Shown: positions 12,825 through 27,502, numbered from the stretch's first letter. The stretch is 64,000 nt of DNA from Eledone cirrhosa (GCA_964016885.1 OZ024742.1:112902001-112966000); one strand, 5' to 3'. Numbers and translations are program-made. Notes: generated from the sequence alone by a model not told the origin.

Positions 12825-13900
12825 TATCGCGTCGTCCAGGCACCAGATGTTGAACGTCAACGGGCAAAGTGGGAAACGTCATCGACTGTCAGCGCAAAGA
12901 AGAGTGGGCCGACTAGATCTCATTCTTGGACACCCGTAGCTGAAGTGTTTTACCAGCCATAAATGCGTTGGACATTCCGTTCGAGAGGTACGCCAGAGCG
13001 AAAAGTGAGGGTACTCTGAACCACGACTGTGAGACGTAGTCCCGACTAATGCTGCTGAAAGTATTTCTCATCTCCGCCTTCACAATGGGGGGGGGGGATA
13101 ACGAAGGCCAGTGCTGCATAAATTGTGAGACCACTTGTGCTACCGCATCTTAATCACACTTAAATCCCACACCGACTTGGAAAGGGCTTAGAGACTCGCT
13201 CATATCATCTTTGACTGATTTGCTGCTATCTTGATTGCAAGTCATCGGAAGGCGTTGCCCATAGCGATGTGACGGAACCCTACGCTATTCTCTCTCAGTG
13301 TTTTAGACTGGCTGAGAAGAAAACATCGCAGGCAATGCAGGGCATCTTTGCACGGTAAAGACAAGTGGTGAAAACTGTGATTGATTGGAGAAATCAGAAA
13401 AATGCGTCAGCAGCGTGTGGCGTGATGAAATAATTGAGGTGGCCGTGTTGTAGACCGTCCACACTGCTACTGCTCCTCCTTGGGAAGGAACTGGGGGCAT
13501 CCACTACGTCCTCACATTAAGTTGCCTGGGAATGTTTACTAGCCAGGGTTTGGACGGCATTGATGTCCCTGTGTTTTACGGAGTTTATGTCGTATCGAAT
13601 ACAAAACATTCGCAGTCAAAACGTCTTCCTCGCTGAGTATGAGGCTGATTCTGACGGAGATATTTCATGTAGTCGGATGTAAACAGCAAGCGTTGATTCG
13701 TGGCTGGTTGGCAGCACGTGAGGGTCGAGAGACTTTCAGGGGAAAGGCCGCAGAATGAAAGGATATCGCCCTTCAGCCTGGATATCAAGGAGGGGCCCGT
13801 TCGCTCCACTTCCGTCGCTTTCTCTGCCATCGCAGACTCAAAATCGAAGAATATTTTCCAGTTTTGAAAGCAAACCCGAATCAAGTGCTTAATCCTCAGA
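12825..13900 (-). pseudogene. Decayed RT of a CRE-clade non-LTR retrotransposon
   Basis: Across frames: VDGLQHGHL, GFRHIAMGNAFR*LAIK, LSPFQVGVG, VKAEMRNTFSSISRD, TGVQE*DLVGPLFFAL, FNIWCLDDA, in the order of CRE RT motifs. Confidence 0.82.
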
Positions 13901-14214
13901 CGAGACTAGCGCTTTCTATTTATATGCAGGCAATTAGATAACTGGGATGGAAAACTTTATATTTAAAATGTTCTCTATAATTAAGGCAAGCAGATATTTA
14001 GGGGCATAATCAGACCCTGAAATTATAGAAACTGTGACGCTAATCTTAATAGTCAACACATCCATCCCACTTCCGAGTAATACTGTTTTCGATTACTTGC
14101 AGAATCATTTAACCTACTGTATTAAATTAAAATTATTTGGCATCTAAAAACCATTGAGTTGAGGGTAGCTAATATTTCTCTCTCTCACTCATACACACAC
14201 ACTCACAAACACAC

Positions 14215-14585
14215 ACACATAAAATGCCTCTCCAGTAACATTGTATACAAATGTAAGGTTGAAACACCCACGTCCCGTAGGGACTACATAGGGTTAACTG
14301 TCAATAGATTCAAGCAGCGTATTTACATGCACACCCATTCTATTCTTAACCATTTAAGAAAGAATATGACACTTTCAGCTTATATCTGGAGTCTAAAGGA
14401 CAACCACACCCTATATAGGTTACACTGGGTGATCCTAACTAGGGCTAGATCGTATAACGGAAATAAAAGACCATGTGATATTTGCGCCGCTGAAGCCCTG
14501 GAAATACTCTACGGCAATGACCATATCTTAAACAAAAATATCTGAGGGAATTTCGGCTTGTAAACACAAATTGATTTTTCGTTTT
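14215..14585 (+). pseudogene. GIY-YIG endonuclease fragment of a Hydra-like PLE
   Basis: CLSSNIVYKCKV...YIGLT..FKQRIYMH...LSAYIWSLK...CDICAAE...LNK. Confidence 0.85.
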
Positions 14586-14588
14586 ATG

Positions 14589-14651
<63 letters not shown>

Positions 14652-16327
14652 GTTACTGACATATTGTCTACTTGGCTAACATAATTTCTCTCCAAACATG
14701 AGAATCGTATGAAATGAATAAAGATAGTTCTTAAGGTATTTACTACTGGAAAGCTATGTAAACTTTGTGAAACAATATGGATAGAATGTCAGAATGTCAA
14801 TTATTTTGAATATACCGCTTATTGAACGGCGGGGCATACATCATTTTCTGTGGAGTGACGTTGGTCTAAGAGTATATCTCTGCAGAAGGAAAATAATTGC
14901 TATTATTACTAAAGCAGTGTATTTCTAAACTGTGGCAACAACAAATTGTTAAACTATGCAAAACATGCGAACAAATAAGCGTATGTTCCTGCAGAAATGT
15001 TGGGCTCGTACACCGAATATATACTTTCTATTTTTATTGTATTATATATAGAATATTTGCAATGGTAATTTGTTATTTAATGGGGATATATAAGTTCTAC
15101 TTTGCTGATTGTTACACCAATATAAACATATGATAAAGAAGAACATAAATCCAACCGGTTTTGAGTTAAATCATATATTTGTTTAAGACAATTCATGGCG
15201 TCTGTTGCATATATCCCACTAAAGAGTCTACATTCAAACTATGTACGAAGCTATTGAAATATGTTACAAACGCGAAAAATGAACGAAAACAGAAATTAAT
15301 GCAATTTGGATACAATATGGCAATTTTGCAATAACCCAAAACACATATAACTTGAAATCATGGAAATGCAAACTAAACACATTATCAACAACTGATTTTC
15401 AAACGAAAGTGTAATAACCATGACATATACCTTCCGAGTTTGCATTTACTACATCATTTTGAATGCACTAATCCCAGATGCCGAAAATGTCTTGCCATTA
15501 TATTCTAAATTTCAAATGTTATATCTAAAGTTCCTGTTGGTTCATTACATGTTTTATGGGTTCGTGTACATTAGAATGTGTATGAGATTGAATGCGCTGT
15601 GATTATTTATATTACGGTGTATGTTATACACACTCTAACAACTGTTCCTGTGTTAATGTAGAGAAATACGTTGTGTTTCTAAGTAGTATGCTAAATACGT
15701 TCAAGAATGATTGTCTGTCGTCGTAGATTTTAATATATAACCTAGAGTAAATGTTCTCAACGGGGGGCATATGTCGCTGGGGGGGGGGGGTAGCTCTAAG
15801 GGGCGTTATGCAGTAAGGGGGCGTTGGGTGGGGGTTGTGTTATGCAGTAGGAGGCGTTTGAAACTTTGAGGGCGCTAGAACACCCTTTAGTTTGGTAAGT
15901 TGTATAAGTCATATTTGTACGTCTCTTAGACAGTCAGTGATTTGAATGAAGAAAACGAAGAAAATAAAGAAAAGAAGCTTGTCAGTGAATTCTCTAGGGA
16001 GATAAAAGATAATCAAAAGAAATCAAAGAGAATGAAAGTAAGGACTCCTTCAACAGAAATGACAAGAAGAAGCAATGGTGGTGTACATACACACACATAC
16101 ATACACACACACATGTATATATACACACACAGGCCGGCGTTAGTTATTGATGAGATTGAGAACCCGGTCAACTTTCAGCCAGGGGTGTGGTATGTAATCT
16201 CCCTAGGTAATAAAATCTGGCGAAAAAAATGTCATCCTTACCCAAAAAAGAAGACATAGATCATATCAACATCCTTACACACTTACATATAACTGGATGT
16301 ATATATGAATGTAGATTTAACCTTCGC

Positions 16328-16379
16328 TGCTTTAACCCTTAACGGGATCTTCTGAAAGATCCCGTTAATGGTGAAAGCA
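16328..16379. repeat. Compact inverted repeat (hairpin)
   Basis: ttaacgggatctt ctga aagatcccgttaa within outer tgcttt/aaagca arms. Confidence 0.75.
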
Positions 16380-16546
16380 CCGATTATTTGCTTAAACTTT
16401 GATCTGTTATTTTAATAAATATTTGCTCTACGGTTCTTATATAATTGATAATTATTTATCCTTATCGAGCCCTCTTGGGATTTTAGTATTCACATTTATT
16501 TTTATTACTATATATATTTATTATAATTATATATATATATATATAT

Positions 16547-19500
16547 ATTGTCATACTTTGGGAGGGTCATGTTGCCAATAAGAAACACACGCACCAGTTG
16601 CTTTCACTTCAATTTATTATATATTTATAAATTTATAAATTTACAAATCTACAAACTTATAAATTTCTGGTTGGTTGGTTGGTTCCACAACCAGATAGTT
16701 GTTTATATATAGTCATAGTCCTTTCGTCACACACTATGTGACCTCTTCAGTGACTGGGGATTCCTTACTTTGTTTCTGTGCCTTTCCTTTCTTCTGTCCT
16801 ACGCCATTTTGTTTCTGTGTGTGTGTTGTGTGCTCAGTTTGCGCATGCGCCACATCCGGGTGTCTGTGTGTGTTTGTGTTCATTTATCTATTTGTTTATT
16901 TATTTACATGTTGTTGGTTGGTTGTTTGTTCTATGTGTGTGTGTGTTTTCATTTTGTCCTTAATTGTAAGTTGTGATGCTGCTGTTCCACTCATATTTTC
17001 TATTTAATTTTGGTTGTAATTCTTTTATGCTTACTGCCTCTGTAATTTGCCTAAACATTGCATCTTTTCTGTGTGTGGATTCTATTTTTATTTCTATGTT
17101 CTCTAATTTACCCTTGTGTTCTATCTTAGCATGTTGGTAGAGTACAGATGATTCTTTATTATCTTGAAGGTCTCGCCAGTGTTCATTTATCCGTTCCCCT
17201 ATACTACGAGCTGTCTCACCTATGTACACTATATTTTTGTTTCTACATTGTCCTTCAGTACATATTATGCTATACACTACATTTCTAGTTTTACAGTTAA
17301 TATGGGGGCTTATTTTACAGGTTATACATTTCTTATCTATACATGAGGGTCTTTGGAACGGGTATGTCTTGCTAATAAGTGTTTTTACGGAGGTACCTGG
17401 TCTTTCTACTATCTTAATATTGAGTTTATGTTTATTTAGGGCCCTTCTAAATTTGTAGGCTAGTTCGCCTCTAGGGGTTGTATTGATGAACATTACACTC
17501 TGGTATTTATTGCTATCATACCATGAGTTTATTATATTGGCCTTGTTCCTAGCTCTTTCTATTCTATTCCAAAATGTGCTCCTATGCAAGGGGCAGGTCC
17601 CATTTATGTCATTATTTACCATTTTTTCCCATTTGGTTCTGGCTCCTCTATACACTCTGATTCTATCTCTCTGATTGTAGCCAGAGAACTGCATACGGTG
17701 GATGAAGTATTGTATGTGTCTCTCTAGTTCTTCGGGGTTGCACATGCTGGACACATTTCTCATCACCCGTACGAAATCCGCAATCAGTATGTTGATTTTG
17801 GTATGGTCCGAAATGGCCGAGTTTTGGTGGATCAGATGTTTGGAGGTCATGGGTTTGGCATAATGGGAATGGAGAATTTGTTTTTGGTTGTTAATGGTAT
17901 CTAACCAGAACTCTGTATCCAGTACAGGTAATCGATGGTTGGGGTGTCTACTTGGGTTGTCTATAGTAACTCTAATGCTCTGGTGGATGGAGTTTGCTAT
18001 TTGCTGGATGCTTTCCATTGTGTTTTTCTCTAGTTCTTGACTGTTCTCTAGTGGGGGTGTCTTAACTACGATGTTTATATCATCTACGTAGCGGGAGTAC
18101 ATAATCAGGGTTAAGCTGTCTTCTAATTGTTTTTTTAAGTTTAAGTTTAAGTCTACTGTCCCACCATACCATGAATAAGTTAGCTATTTCGCCTGCAATG
18201 CTAACACCAATGGCTGCTCCTTCCTCTTGTGCATATGTTTTTCCATTAAATGTGAACATATGTTCCTTAAGGGTTAATTTTATGCTGGCCCCTACCGCAT
18301 GTGCAATCATTTTCTTCAGTTCATCGTGGTTTTCAGGTGTCCGTATGGCTCTGGTCCACCCCTTCCATCTATCTGTGTGGGTTTTCTTGGCCATTGAGGT
18401 AATGGTAGGTGGTCTGCCTCTTGCTGGTCTTGTGGGGCACAGGTTGCTAAGGTCATAAGTGTCTAGGTAACTATTACTATAGGTAAGCTTAAGTAGGTGT
18501 CCCTGCTCACTGGTATCAATCCCACGGAACTCAACCTTGCTCTCGCTGATCATTTCTACGCATTTCTCCGCAGCAAAATCCACGTCAATAGATGGATACA
18601 GGGACACAACATCCATACTGCCTATTATGCAGTCTGTTAGGTCCCCAGATCGGTTACTCACGCCGATTCTGCTGAAGAGGTCCTCCGTGCTGTCACATAC
18701 ATCTGGGGACATCTCAATGATGGGGCGTATGATCAGGGAGAGGAAGTAGGACAGTCTGTAGTTACTAGCAATGTTAGCTCCACACACTGGCCGTGTTGGT
18801 GGTCCCGCGACAGGGTCACAGCCCGTTTTATGGTATTTTCGAAGACCATACAACGCCGGCACGTGATTGTTCCAGGCCTGGAAGTTGTTGGCAGTCCTTT
18901 TGTTGGGCTGCATTATATTCGTCCACATCACCATATGGGCATTGAGGGCTTTTTCTCTATCCTCATGCTCCTGTGGTGTTACCTCTCTTGTGTGAGTGAT
19001 GTGCGGTTGCATTGCCTGGGTGTAGTTTGGCAGGCTGTCAACCGACATTCTGCCAGACTTGTCTGTTGGAAAGCATGCTATCTCTCCATTACGTGAGCGC
19101 TGCATGAGCTTACGCAAGCCATTTGCAGATTTTTCTCCCAGTTGCTGGGCCTCTATTCTATTATGCTTCTTGCTATACTGTTCTATGATATTTCTAAGTT
19201 CGGATTTAGCTATACTAAATTGTGCTTCTGTTTGTTCATCGACCTGCGACGGCAACTGCGTGCGTTTGTTAAATGGTAAAGTCGTGGCGTGGACTCGTCG
19301 CAGGTCGAATGATTTATCGGAGGGATTATAAAACGGAGAGTTCCAGGCTGCTGCTTTCAGTGTACTAGTGCTATTGTTATTGTTAGTTGTGTTGTTTCTA
19401 TTTCTATTTCCACCAACAGCCTCATGATTGTTTCTATGTCTCTCATAATTACTCCTGTCTCTTTCCACTGGCTCAATGTTGTTATCTACCCTATGTTGTG

Positions 19501-20330
19501 TGTCTGTGTGTTCGTCTTGGTTATTCTCTTTGTCCTTAGTCTTCCATCTCCTTTTCCTTTTAATCTTATTACTTTCCCTTATTTCTCTGATTTCTGTGCT
19601 ACCGTCATTACTTGTTTTCTGTGTCTGTGTGTTTGTTAAGATTGTGGTGGTGGTGAGAGGCATTGAATGCGTGTGTGTTGTTGTTGTTGATGTGTGCTGT
19701 TGTTGATGTGTGTTGTTGTTGTCTCCATGTGTGTTATCGTTGTTGTGTGTGTTGTTATTTATGTTTGTGTCTGCATGTCTGTTGTTGTTGTTTCTGGGTA
19801 TGTTACTAGTGTTGTTGTTGTTGATGTGTGTGTTGTTGTTATTGTTGTTTGTGTCTGTGTGTCTGTTGTTGTTGGGATGTGTGTTGTATATGTGTGTGCG
19901 TATATTGTTGCTTTTGTTTTTGATGCTCCAGCGTAGTTTTGTAAATTATTTTTCTATTTCTGACAGACAACTAATCATATTTACCTTCTTGAATGTCGCA
20001 AATTTCGGCGGCAAACAAAACACAGACATTTCATCATTATCTATTTTTGCGTTTCCATAATTGTTGGTGTTTTTGTTGTTGAACTCTTCTGATAATGAGG
20101 TGTCGGCCATGTTGATACCGTCAATTTTGTCGGGATATCTATTGGTATACTCTATAGTATCCTGATTTAGCTTTGCCCGGGCCGACCAAAGGCCTGTGAG
20201 TGGATTTGATAGATCGAAATTAAAAGAAACCCCGTCGTATATATGTATATATGTCTGTGTGTGTCTTTGCGTTTGTGTTTTCCCTCCCACCAATGCTTGT
20301 TGGTTTGTTGACGTTCCCATAACATACCCA
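16547..20330 (-). mobile_element. Penelope-like element B, near full length, same clade as A; in-frame stop at ~19946 and frameshift at ~18100
   Basis: ORFs 19946-20320 (LPPKFA...KLRW), 18080-19663 (RT) and 16960-18102 (YVDD, thumb, GIY-YIG); the 3' end atgaccctcccaaagtatgacaat resembles that of A. Confidence 0.93.
16711..16755 (-). ncRNA. Minimal type I hammerhead in the 3' pLTR of element B
   Basis: agtca CTGAAGA g gtcaca tagtg tgtgac GAAA ggac TA tgact. Confidence 0.85.
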
Positions 20331-20498
20331 GGTGATGCTCCAGCATGGGCGTAGTCCAGCGCCAGAAAAAAAAGTAAAATATATATGTGTGGGTGTGTGT
20401 GTAGAAGAGGGGTCTCAAACTCAAGGACACAAAAGGGCTATTACGTCCTGGAGGAGAGGCACGGTGGGCCAAACGTGGCGGTGGGTGAACATTTTCAC

Positions 20499-23400
20499 TC
20501 CAGAAATAGCCGTCGAAACGGCTTGAGCTCTGCCGTCGAGGTCATACTTGTTCCTATTACCCACTCTACTACCCTAAGTATTGAGTACTTTGGTGCGTTA
20601 TGGTCCATCTGTTTCCTTACCACATTTCCTTCGTTATCTAGATCATATCTCCTTAGTAGAGCACTTTCCGACCCTACCACGCCTTATCCAGACTTTACCG
20701 CCAAGCTCAAGTTCGTTCACCCGCACCATGCGAAAACACAACATCGACTTCTCCACCAAGAACATCCCAGTTCCACCGAGAAAACGTTACCTTCGGATGC
20801 TCACGCAAAAAATCGACCTATTTGCGAAAAGACTAAGATGGAGACCTTTTTTCTACGACAGATATTGCGACAATCAGGCCTTCGATACCAAGGAGAGATA
20901 CGGATTTAATACATAGAAATCTCCCCCTCTGAACCCTATGCTCTCTCCCTTCGAGAATGACCTTTTCCAACTGGTCAAGAGCATAAAATTCAAACCCAGA
21001 CACAAAAGATTCCTACAAAAACTCCGTAGCAAATTAACAGAGCATGAAAACACCAACGACATCAGGGTGCACTAGGACACAACTGGAAACATCTACTTCG
21101 TCAACCCCGACATATACCAAACACTGATCAGGAGCAGCCCAAACTCCACCTATTAAAAGGATAACCATTCAAGTATCGAGGACATAAATCGAAATGGTCA
21201 ACAAATTATCTCCAGCCTCAGGGTCGCCGACGGCACTGAACCCCTAAACTCAAAGACTGCCTACTTCACACTGAAGGACCACAAATCCGACTTCGACCGT
21301 AAACCATCCACCAGGCTTATAAACCCAACCGCGTTATACCAAAAGTTAAGCAAAACGCGAGACTTAGCCTATGGGTCAACACGCAGGAAGTATCTCATGG
21401 TTTAGCAATATGGAGGCCAAACGAGACACAGAATTCATTCAGTTTGGCATAGAGAGTTACTATGCATCAATTACCTTACCGCTCCTTACGGTCGCCTTGG
21501 ACTTTGCCGAAACACTCACACCCATCACCGACCAGGAAAGAAATATCATCCTCCACGCCATGAAGACAGTCCTACTTTTTGACAACTCCAAATGGATAAA
21601 GAGAGCTCCTGATTCCCCTTCGACGTCAGTATGGGCGCGACGGATTCGGCCGAGGTCACACATCTTATAGGATTATCCCTACTATTTAAACTCACCGAAA
21701 TGCTTCCTGCATTCGGCGGTGAATTGTACCGTAATGATGGGCTCCTTACCCTCAAAGGGTACAACCCCAGTTGTACAGACCGCGTCCGTAAACAATTAAT
21801 CAGCTTCTTCCGTGACTGGGGATTTAAAATAACACTACAGACGTCCCTAACCCGAGTAAACTTCCTGGACGTTACCCTTAACCTCGAAAATGATCTGTAC
21901 TACAACAAACTAAACCACAACCTTCATTACATCCACCGCCGGTCTAACCATCCTAGAAATAACACCAATAACCTGGTTAAAAACATCTCCCTCCGCATAA
22001 CTCGTTTGTCCGCTAATGAGCAGATATTCGACGAACATGCGCCTTATTACAACCAGGCCCTCAAGCGGAGTGGCTTCCGGGAGGAAATATCCTATTATCC
22101 AGCTTCCATTAGCGGAACCAGCAGGCGACACTGCCGCTCACGCAACGTAAGGTGGTTCAATCCTCCCCACAATGCCGAGGTGACAACACCTATCGAGAAA
22201 ATCTTATTTAGGCTCATCGAAAAACACTACGAATCAACAAAAACACCATCAAACTCTCCTACAGCACCACAGCCAACTTAGCACAAAACATCGTCTCCTC
22301 TAACAACAAAAAAACTCAACCCCTATGGAAGAAATAACCTAGACAGTAGTGGAGAGCCGACCAGGAGGTGTAACTGTCCTGATAGGTCCCTTCGCCGCCT
22401 CAACAACAGATGCCGAGATCGTAATGTGATCTACCAGTCCAACGTGAGGACCGACACCTCCAACAAACCTTATATAGGATTAACCGCTTGTGACACCGAC
22501 ATAATTTCCGAAACCCTGCCCGGCGTCATGTCACTACACTTTCGGGCCACATCTGGGACCTCAAAGATAATAATATAACCTACAATCTCAGTTGGAGCTT
22601 TCTGTCCAGAGCCAACTCTTACACGGGAGGATGCCGTCCGTGTAACTTATGCTCGGAGGAAACATTACAAATGTTGTTTTCAAAGGACCAATTCCTAAAT
22701 AAAAAAGACGAACTGGTAACTGCACCCAAACACAGATTGCATAGGAATTACTTTGCCCTCAAACCCCGTAATGACCCAGGGGTGGGGTGTAGACACTGGC
22801 TGAAACATCCCACTTGCCTATTTTGTAGGAGGTAACCCCTCCTTACAAAGGTAGATGTAACTTTTTTATATGTTCCTCTATATGTCCTTCTTCCCCCCAA
22901 TCTCTTCCTAGTCCTTCCACCCCAGATCTCCTTCCTTGTCTCTTTGTTTCACCTTTTCGCCTACCCCGTTGCAGCCCAACGGTCTTCTGTCGCCTCAGTA
23001 TCCCCACCCCCTAATTATAAGGTAGAATTAGCCGATAACGCTTTTTATAGCAGATGTGTTAGACCCCAGTAAATTGTGTTCTTTCTGGTTGCTGCTCTAT
23101 TTCTGTGGTTTCTAAATTTCTTATTGGTATTTTTGTATTAGTATTCTTGTATTAGTATTTATGTATTAGTATTCTGAATTATTATTTCGTATTAGAATGT
23201 TTGTAGTAGTATTTTTGCATTTTTTTTCTCAACTTATTAACCTGTCATTGTAAGATAGCATTGGCTGATTACTACTAACTATAGCAGTGGTGTTAGACCC
23301 CCTGTAAAGCCGGCTTTATAACGTTCTTTCATAACAATCTCGTATTTAGTATTTTTCTCCACCTATTAAACTTTTCTATGGCTTAGAAATACCAATGAGA

Positions 23401-23865
23401 GATTTGATGATTGTCGAAATGGAGTAGTAAACAAATTGTTTTTGTTTTTTTTTAATATATATTTATTTACTTATTTTTATAATGTATTTTTTTGTTTACT
23501 CCCTTTCGATTCACTCATTCTTTCAACAACCCATCCACTTCTCCAGTACACTTCTTTCTACCTTCTATACACTATCCTTAGAATCTGCTCTATATATTTC
23601 ACTTTCAATGCTTGACTGGCTTTCCCCCACTCCCTCTGTGTTCTACCGGCAAGTTCAGCTACCCATACCTCCCACCAAATGCCATGATAGAATCATCTGT
23701 CTTTACAACAATTTTTTTACCAATCCTTTTGACAATTACTATCTTCCCATATAAGGAATTACCCACTGAGAAGTTCGGCTATTTATTTACCAGGATACAA
23801 ATTCTTATTTAGTCCAGAATTAGCCGTCGAAACGGCTTGAGCTCTGCTTCGGGGTCATACTTGTT

Positions 23866-23870
<5 letters not shown>
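20499..23870 (+). mobile_element. Full-length but decayed Hydra-like PLE (ORF remnants ~20728-22790) with ~60-bp direct terminal repeat
   Basis: STKNIPVP...KRLRW, TLKDHK..F...PSTRLINP, MGATDSAEV, LYRNDGL, VNFLDVT, WFNPP, CNC...VIY...YIGLT, CNLC..E; 20499-20557 matches 23813-23870. Confidence 0.9.
23753..23869 (+). ncRNA. Extended type I hammerhead, core mutated in this copy
   Basis: aggaa..accca CTGAGAA g..cggcta...tagccgtc GAAA cggc ttgagctct gct TC ggggt...ttcct; sister copies have an intact stem III (cggc/gccg, cggct/agctg) and GTC. Confidence 0.65.
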
Positions 23871-23946
<76 letters not shown>

Positions 23947-24060
23947 ACAACATGCATTTTTATCTGTTATATACCTTCGTTATATTTTGAATTACCTGAT
24001 GATGTCACCGGATTCATATAATAAAGCTTTCAATGATTTATATTTTGCAATATATATATA

Positions 24061-24763
<703 letters not shown>

Positions 24764-24897
24764 AGTCAATTAAACAGAATAAGGTGTAAAATAAACTAGG
24801 AGAAAATAGAATACATTTAAATACCTCTACCATGGTTTCGTCCGCATTTTGAGATTTACAATAATTACGTAATAATTATGTAACTCTATAATTATAA

Positions 24898-25499
24898 TAT
24901 AGTTATAGAGGTGCGTATATACATTTTAATTTATATTTTTAATTATCATGTGTCTACCCTGCCCTCCATAGGTTATAGATTCCATACACTGGCCGTTTCC
25001 CTTTTCAACATATTGTATTTTAAAGGGCTTAGAATTCCTTTTCCTGTGAGCACATTATTGACAGGGAATAACGAGAGTCTATGGCTCCGTTAATGTATCG
25101 TGACATTGCGCTCCTTATAACAGTATTTCCTCTCTCTCTGTTAGGTTCAGCACACTTCTTTGACTGGTTTTTGGGCTGCCATTTCTAGCAGCTCGTCCCG
25201 CAAATACCACTGGTTCACTGTCCTACGCACGCTGTGACATCTCTCTGCTGCGTGTAGCTGGAAGGTCGCTTTAGACTATTTTAGAGTTGTCTGGAATGTA
25301 TCGTCTTGCACGCGTTGATGACCCATAGGCTATTCCATTTCAGTCAACAACTTCCTGGCGAAAAAGATCTCTTTGGATTTGTACGCGTGTGTTATATAGT
25401 TATAGAGTTGCGTATATACATTTTAATTTATATTTTTAATTATTGTCTGTCTACCCTGCGTTCTATAGGTTATAGATTCCTTACATTGGTGGTTTTCCC
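24898..25499. repeat. ~105-bp imperfect direct repeat (24898-25001, 25395-25499)
   Basis: Shared tatagttatagag...gtctaccctgc...ataggttatagattcc. Confidence 0.8.
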
Positions 25500-25587
25500 T
25501 GGTTTATTGATGGCACACTATCTCTCTTTATCTCTCTCTGGTGTGTTACCTTTTAAACATATTGTATATCTATATATATATATAAAC

Positions 25588-26383
25588 TAGACATTGATTG
25601 ACGTATATATATATATATATCTAAAATAAACATATGAAACAATCACAGGGAATAATTTGTAAACGTGTGTAAGCACACATAGCTATGTAGGAAAATAACT
25701 AAAGTTTAACTAGAACCTTAAAAATAGATACCTTATAAATGGATTAATTTTCCTTGTATATATTTCATTAAATAAATATATTTCACCATCAATCGGTAAA
25801 CCACATTAGACAAATATCGGATTTTCAACAAGGAAGAAGACTTAACTATCTGTGTTTATGCAGCAAATTCAAATATGCGAATGACTAGTAGTACGTGTTG
25901 CAATTTTCAAAAATACCCACATTGTACCAGCTTCATCTCAGTGGTGTGAACAGGATTATCGACAACTAGAAATTGGAGGCAATTGTTGAGCTAACTCAGT
26001 TGAAAGGACTTGACTGCTATTTCTAGTTGTCGATAACCCTATTCACGCCACTGAGATGAAGCTGGTACAATGTGTGTATTTTTGAAAAGTGCAACACGTG
26101 CTACTAGCCATTCGCAGATTTGAATTTGCTGTGTAAATACAGCTAGTTAAGTCTTCTTCCATGTTGAAAATCCAGGACTTGGCTACCGTGGTTAACCGAT
26201 TGATGGTGAAATATATTTATTTACTGAAATATATACAATGAAGATATATACAAGTTTCTACTTAAACTTTAATTAGTTACCTACATAGCTATGTGCGCTT
26301 ACACACTTTTACTAATTATTCCCTGTGATTGTTTGATATGTTTATTTTATTGATATATATATATATATGTCAATCAATTTCTA
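25588..26383. repeat. Foldback or MITE-like inverted repeat with ~380-bp arms and a 45-bp spacer
   Basis: 25588-25973 is an imperfect reverse complement of 26019-26383. Confidence 0.85.
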
Positions 26384-27409
26384 TTTGATATACAATGCTC
26401 AGATCTATTCATTGGAATCTTGGAGCATATTCTACAGTGGAATGGCGCATGTCTCTCTGACATGACACCCTCAATTTAATTTAATCATGTATATATATAT
26501 ATGTATGTATGTATATATATATATATATATATATCGCGGCGCTGTTTCTTATCGATGTATATTATGCTATTCATAAATGATTTACATTTCTATTGTGTCG
26601 TCCTGGCACGTCACGTTATGCCAGATTTTACTGCGAGATATACATAAAATACATAGTCAGCCGTGCTCTTTGAGTAGTGCTGAAACACCCTCCAACAAAA
26701 GATACACGCTGCTTTATATTTTTCGTTGTAAACCACATAACATATTAAATGAATATAGCTGTAGTATTCATTAAATCTATAGCGCAAGGAAACATTAATA
26801 AAATATTGGAAAACTTCTAACATTTTTCAGTATGGATGAATACAGAAATATGTTTGTGATCGCAGCATATATCATGAAGGAGCGTCTAATGCGTTATTAA
26901 CATCTGCTAATGAAGTTCGTATTAATTATGTAGTAATGCATTGCGTTTCATTAATATTGTTATATATTATTCTTGTTTAATACACATCGTTATCTAAGCA
27001 GCTTAGAAATCACAAAAAAAATTCTCCTATATTCTCCTATTATTTTTTGCATACACTTTTAATCTGGCATACAGCTGAGGAGAGCATCATCATACTATAA
27101 TATTAACGGATCATATAAACTATTTGTTTCTTTTGTATAAAAAGATGAAGATCAACTTCAATAAAATATTACATTTACAGTCGCTGGCAGCCAGAGGTGA
27201 TTAACGCATTTAGTTCAACATATTTTTGTGGAAATATAGTATATCATGTTAAAATAATTGCTGAGAAATGATTCATATCTAGCTGAAGATTATGTTCCTG
27301 TCGAATGTAAGTGTCATATATTATTACAGATTATAAAACGTCAAATATGTCCACAAGTTACTGATTACCACAACATTACCTTGCAGAATTATATTAGTTA
27401 GGGTATTCT

Positions 27410-27502
<93 letters not shown>

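Noticed and set aside
15760-15875. G-run cluster as a functional G-quadruplex or element end
   Set aside because: Composition only; no boundaries or context to support a call.
25310-25375. TTGATGA...GAAA aagatc TC as a hammerhead
   Set aside because: Core substitution and no stem I; too weak to call.
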